Assembly: GCA_013239625.1 (NCBI GenBank)
Contig: MU053911.1
Coordinates: 190,030 to 231,993, forward strand
Direction: 5' to 3'
Origin: Lama guanicoe
Taxonomy: Eukaryota
Length of the DNA: 41,964 nucleotides
The position numbers and the translations under genes were made by a program. Below the pieces are notes generated by a model. The model searched no databases. It saw only the letters and a program-made list of their open reading frames with translations, and was not told the DNA's origin. Of this stretch, positions 1-41,964 are shown one piece after another; the stretch's first letter is position 1, and the number at the start of each line of letters is the position of its first letter.

Positions 1-204
1 GCGCTGCTTTGCCTTTTGTTCTTTCTTTTTTCCTTTTCTCCTACCAGATTTTTGGCGTCTTTATCTTTTGAAGAGGGCGATGATCTGTTGGAGTTCCGCA
101 GGTGCTCTGGTTGGCTGAGTGGGTCTGTAGATGTGGGTCTTGGTGTATTTGTGGGAGAGGGTGACTTACAAGTGTCCTACTCCGCCATCTTGCCCGGAAG
201 TCTC
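1..204 (-). mobile_element. 5' terminus/5'UTR of a young LINE-1 extending left out of the window
   Basis: The reverse complement starts GAGACTTCCGGGCAAGATGGCGGAGTAGG, the typical L1 5' end with a YY1-type CAAGATGGC motif (184-192). Confidence 0.8.
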
Positions 205-409
205 TTTCACTCTTTCACACTCTATATTTTTTATTATTATATGTATTTTTCCTTAGCCATGTTTGATACCAGTAATTTTAAACTTTATTCAAAAAGTATG
301 AATATTGTAGGAAAACTAAATAATAATTCAAAACATTTATAATAGTGTTTATAATATTTCTAATTAATATATTTAATACTTCTGTATATCCAAAAAGTAA
401 GAAGACTGC

Positions 410-432
410 ATATATATATATATATATATATA
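410..432. repeat. (TA)n microsatellite
   Basis: Direct reading. Confidence 0.95.
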
Positions 433-599
433 CACATGTGGAAAGTGTATTCATTTGTTTACACTTCAGTTAGATGTGTTTGTTTACCGTTAAAAAGTGA
501 GATAAAATATTGTCGGATAACGAACACGTGTTGTAAACTAGAGGCTCCACCACAGATCTGGTTCTCTGTCTAGTGCTTTTTAAGCCTTTCTTCCTGAAG

Positions 600-641
600 C
601 CCAGAAAACAGTCGAGGTATCAGATGAAAAGCATTCTAATT
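600..641 (+). pseudogene. Degenerate paralogue of the exons at 1707 and 2867 (probable dead exon)
   Basis: Pyrimidine-rich AG at 598-599. The sequence aligns in register with exon 1707 (shared TCAGATGAAAAGC; QKTVEVSDEKHS vs EKMDEKSDEKLS). No phase-1 GT donor; ATGAGT at 642 may be a mutated GTGAGT. Confidence 0.4.
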
Positions 642-759
642 ATGAGTATATTCAATCATTTTACATTTTAAGGAGAGTTTTGTTTATGAATGTGTCTGCT
701 ACAAGCTTACAGACATCTAAGTCAAATTTTATTGTTCTTTAAATTCCTGTTTCTTGGTT

Positions 760-1200
760 TTCTTGAATCGTGTTCACTCTGTCAGTTGTGGAGCAGTGTG
801 TTCTGAACCCTCGCACTGCGAGTCACACTGTGACTGCGGTTTACCTGTTTCCTGTATTGTCCTTTTCCTGCTAGTGTCTGTGTTGTTAGGTGCATGCAAA
901 TAAAGATGTTGGATATTCCATATGGACTCAACATTTCCTTTTTATGAAAGTTTGTCTTCAGTAAGACCTTTTGAATAAAACCCTGTCTTGTATGACATTG
1001 ACATGACTACGGCAGACTGTTTTGGTTGTTGTTTGCGCGGTACATCTTTTCCCACCTCTTTACTTTTCAGTTGCCTATATTCTTATAATTCAGTGATCTC
1101 TCTTATAAGTAGATGATAGTTAAATTGTTCATAAATCTTGTATGACTGTCTTTGTCTATCCCTACAACCTGTAATCCACTTAAAATTATTGTGCTTATTA
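760..1200 (-). mobile_element. Ancient L1M (L1ME-like) endonuclease-region fragment, copy 1
   Basis: Antisense EN-region words such as GTTAGGTGCAT and GGTACATCTTTTCCCACCTCTTTACTTTT; boundaries approximate. Confidence 0.55.
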
Positions 1201-1706
1201 ATACGTTTGGATTTAAATATTTCCTTTTTTAGGTGCTTTCTGTTTTTCTTCCTGATCCAGGTTTCTTTCTATTTTCTTTCCTTATTTTGGAATTATTACT
1301 TTTTAATCAGTCTAACTTTTAAATCAATCATGTATGTTGTTAAAAATTTTAAAGTATTTTTAAAATGTGAATACCCTTAGTAAGATAAAGTCTATAATTA
1401 CAACTTTCTAAGTGTATTATGAAGCAACAAGAATCCTCCACAGTTTCAGGAAAGCACTCTGGTGATTTTTATAGTTAATTTCATAATCTGTTTTGAAAAT
1501 GCACCAGAGGGTTTTTATGGGGGGGGGGAGACGAGGCAGGAGAAGGGGATAGGACGATCTGATCATTTGTTTAAATTGTGTGTGTTTGCTTAAATTGTTA
1601 CGAAACTGGAAGGAAAGTTTGAGTTGTTTTTGGTATGAATTAATAATCCAGAGGTTTCACAACCCAGCTATTTGACTTTCTGTTGGAGTAAGAGCCTCTA
1701 TTGTAG

Positions 1707-40087
<38,381 letters not shown>

Positions 40088-40414
40088 GTAAAGAATCCTT
40101 GCCGTACAAAGGTGTACGAAATAAAATCTCATACCGTGGTTCCAGCGACCACATTTCCCAGTCGCCTAAAACCTATGGGCCCTCCCCCAGACAGACAACC
40201 ATGAGCCAGGTAAATTTTTCCAAGCCTTTCTTCTTATCTGTCCATCTGTCTCTTTTTTTCTTATTTATATGTACATGGATCTTCCTTACCTCTGATCCAG
40301 GTAAATTGACATAGGTCTTTTATTTCTCACACCTTTAAGTTGCTGCATGATATTCTGTAATATGAATGTGCTGTAACTGATTTAACCGTTTCTTGACTGA
40401 TAGACATTTCCATT

Positions 40415-41770
40415 TCTTTTATTGATGTATAGTTGATCTACAATATTCTGTTACTTTCAGATGTACAGTATAGTGATTCATTATTTTTGCAGATTATATT
40501 CCATTATAGTTTATTACAAGATAATTCCCTGTGCTATACAGTATATCCTTGTTGCTTATCTATTTTATACATGGTAGTTTGTATCTGTTAATCCCACAAC
40601 CCTAATTTGTACCCCCTTCCCTCTCCCCTTTGATAACCACAAGTTTGTTTTCTATATCTGAGCCATTTGTTTCGTATATACGTTTATTTGTATCATTTTT
40701 CAGATTCTACATGTGATACCATGTTTTTCCTTGTCTGACTTAGTTCACTAAACACAGTATTCTCCAAGTGAATCCATGTTGCTGCACGAGACAGTATTCT
40801 TTCTTACGGCTGAGTAGTAGCCCATTACACACACACACATGCCACATTTAGCTAACCCAGTCCTCTGTTGGTGGGCATGTGTGTTGCACCCATGTCTTGG
40901 CTGTTGTAATTAGTGCTGCTGTGAACCCTGGGGTGCACATGTCTTTTCAAATTAGTGTTTCCGTTTTTCCTGAATGTACACCCGGGAGGCTGCTGGGTCA
41001 TACGGTAGTTCTATTTTTAGTTTTTAAAGAACCTTCTGTACTGTTTTCCATAGTGGCTGCAGCAACAGACATTCCCACCAGTGGTGTACAGTGGTTTCCT
41101 TTTCTCCATGACGTCGCCAACATTTGTTATTTGTAGACTTTGATTAGATAGTCATTCTGATACGTGAGAGTTGATACCTCATTGCTTTTGGTTTGCATTT
41201 CTCTAATAATTAGCAATGTTGAGCATCTTTTGATGGCTTTGTGTAGACATTTTCACAATAGTAATTCTTCTAATTTAAGAATACAAGATATCTTACATTT
41301 ATTTGTGTCTAATTTCTTTCATTAATGTCTTATAATTTTTAAGATAGTTTTTGCTTAAATTTATTCCTAAGTATTGTGTTTTCATGGTATTGCAAAGTGG
41401 ATTTTTTTCTCATTTTCTCTCGCAGATGACTCATTGTTAGTGTATAAGAATTCAACTGATTTCTGAATTTTGATTTTGTATCCTGCAACTTTATTGAATT
41501 TGTTGGTTCTGACTGTGTGTGTGTGTGTGTGGAGTCTTTTGGGTTTTCTGTGTAAGATCGTATCACCTGAAAACAGCTACACTTCACTTCTTCCTTTCTG
41601 ACTTGGGCGCCTTTCCTTGTTCTTCTCTGACTGCTATGACTGGAACTTCCAGTACTGTTCTGAGTAGAAATGGTGAGCATGGACATCTTGTCTTGTTCCT
41701 GATCTGAGATGAAAAGTTCTTAACTTTGAACCTAACTGAGTACGTTATCTGTGAGCTTGTCACATGTGGC
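40415..41770 (-). mobile_element. L1 3'UTR/ORF2 fragments
   Basis: Antisense 3'UTR from TTTATTGATGTATAGTTGAT; RT-region remnant ORF 41339..41686(-). Confidence 0.88.
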
Positions 41771-41774
41771 CTTT

Positions 41775-41964
41775 ATTTTTGTTTTTTTTACATTTTTATT
41801 GATTCATAATCATTTTACAGTGTTGTGTCAAATTCCAGTGTTCAGTACAATTTTTCAGTCATACATGGACATATACACACTCATTGTCACATTTTTTTCT
41901 CTGTGATTTATCATAACATTTTGTGTATATTTCCCTGTGCTATACAGTGTAATCTTGTTTATCT
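41775..41964 (-). mobile_element. Young L1 3' tail, same family as 4094-4296, extending out of the window
   Basis: Poly-T, TTTATT, then GTGTCAAATTCCAGTG...TTCCCTGTGCTATACAGTGTAATCTTGTTTATCT. Confidence 0.9.

Noticed and set aside
16..342. 108-aa ORF at the window start (ORF0-like)
   Set aside because: TTG start; runs from antisense L1 5'UTR into AT-rich flank; no supporting evidence.

Overview
Mammalian genomic DNA, most likely camelid judging by the young L1 tails (inference). About half of the window is decayed transposon sequence: L1, ERVL/MLT2, a solo LTR, Tigger and MIR. On the + strand I can read 14 coding-type exons with canonical AG/GT ends. Their peptides match my recollection of the C-terminal (former C10orf68) half of the testis-enriched gene CCDC7. 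Every exon is a symmetric phase 1-1 cassette (105-129 nt, 96 nt, and six of 84 nt), and 13 of them splice into a 1311-nt open frame. The most notable structure is a tandem exon array. It has six paralogous 84-nt exons in two classes (order A-B-B-A-B-A), each inside a duplicated intron unit. One 1260-bp block containing an exon occurs twice, 7608 bp apart, with no differences I could find. The window also holds an older ~1.1-kb triplication with one live, one nonsense-bearing and one apparently dead exon, plus a duplicated NLFE/NLLE exon pair. There are no prokaryotic-type systems, RNA genes or CRISPR arrays. Most listed ORFs are chance or transposon-derived. Gene and repeat family names come from pattern recall, not from database searches.
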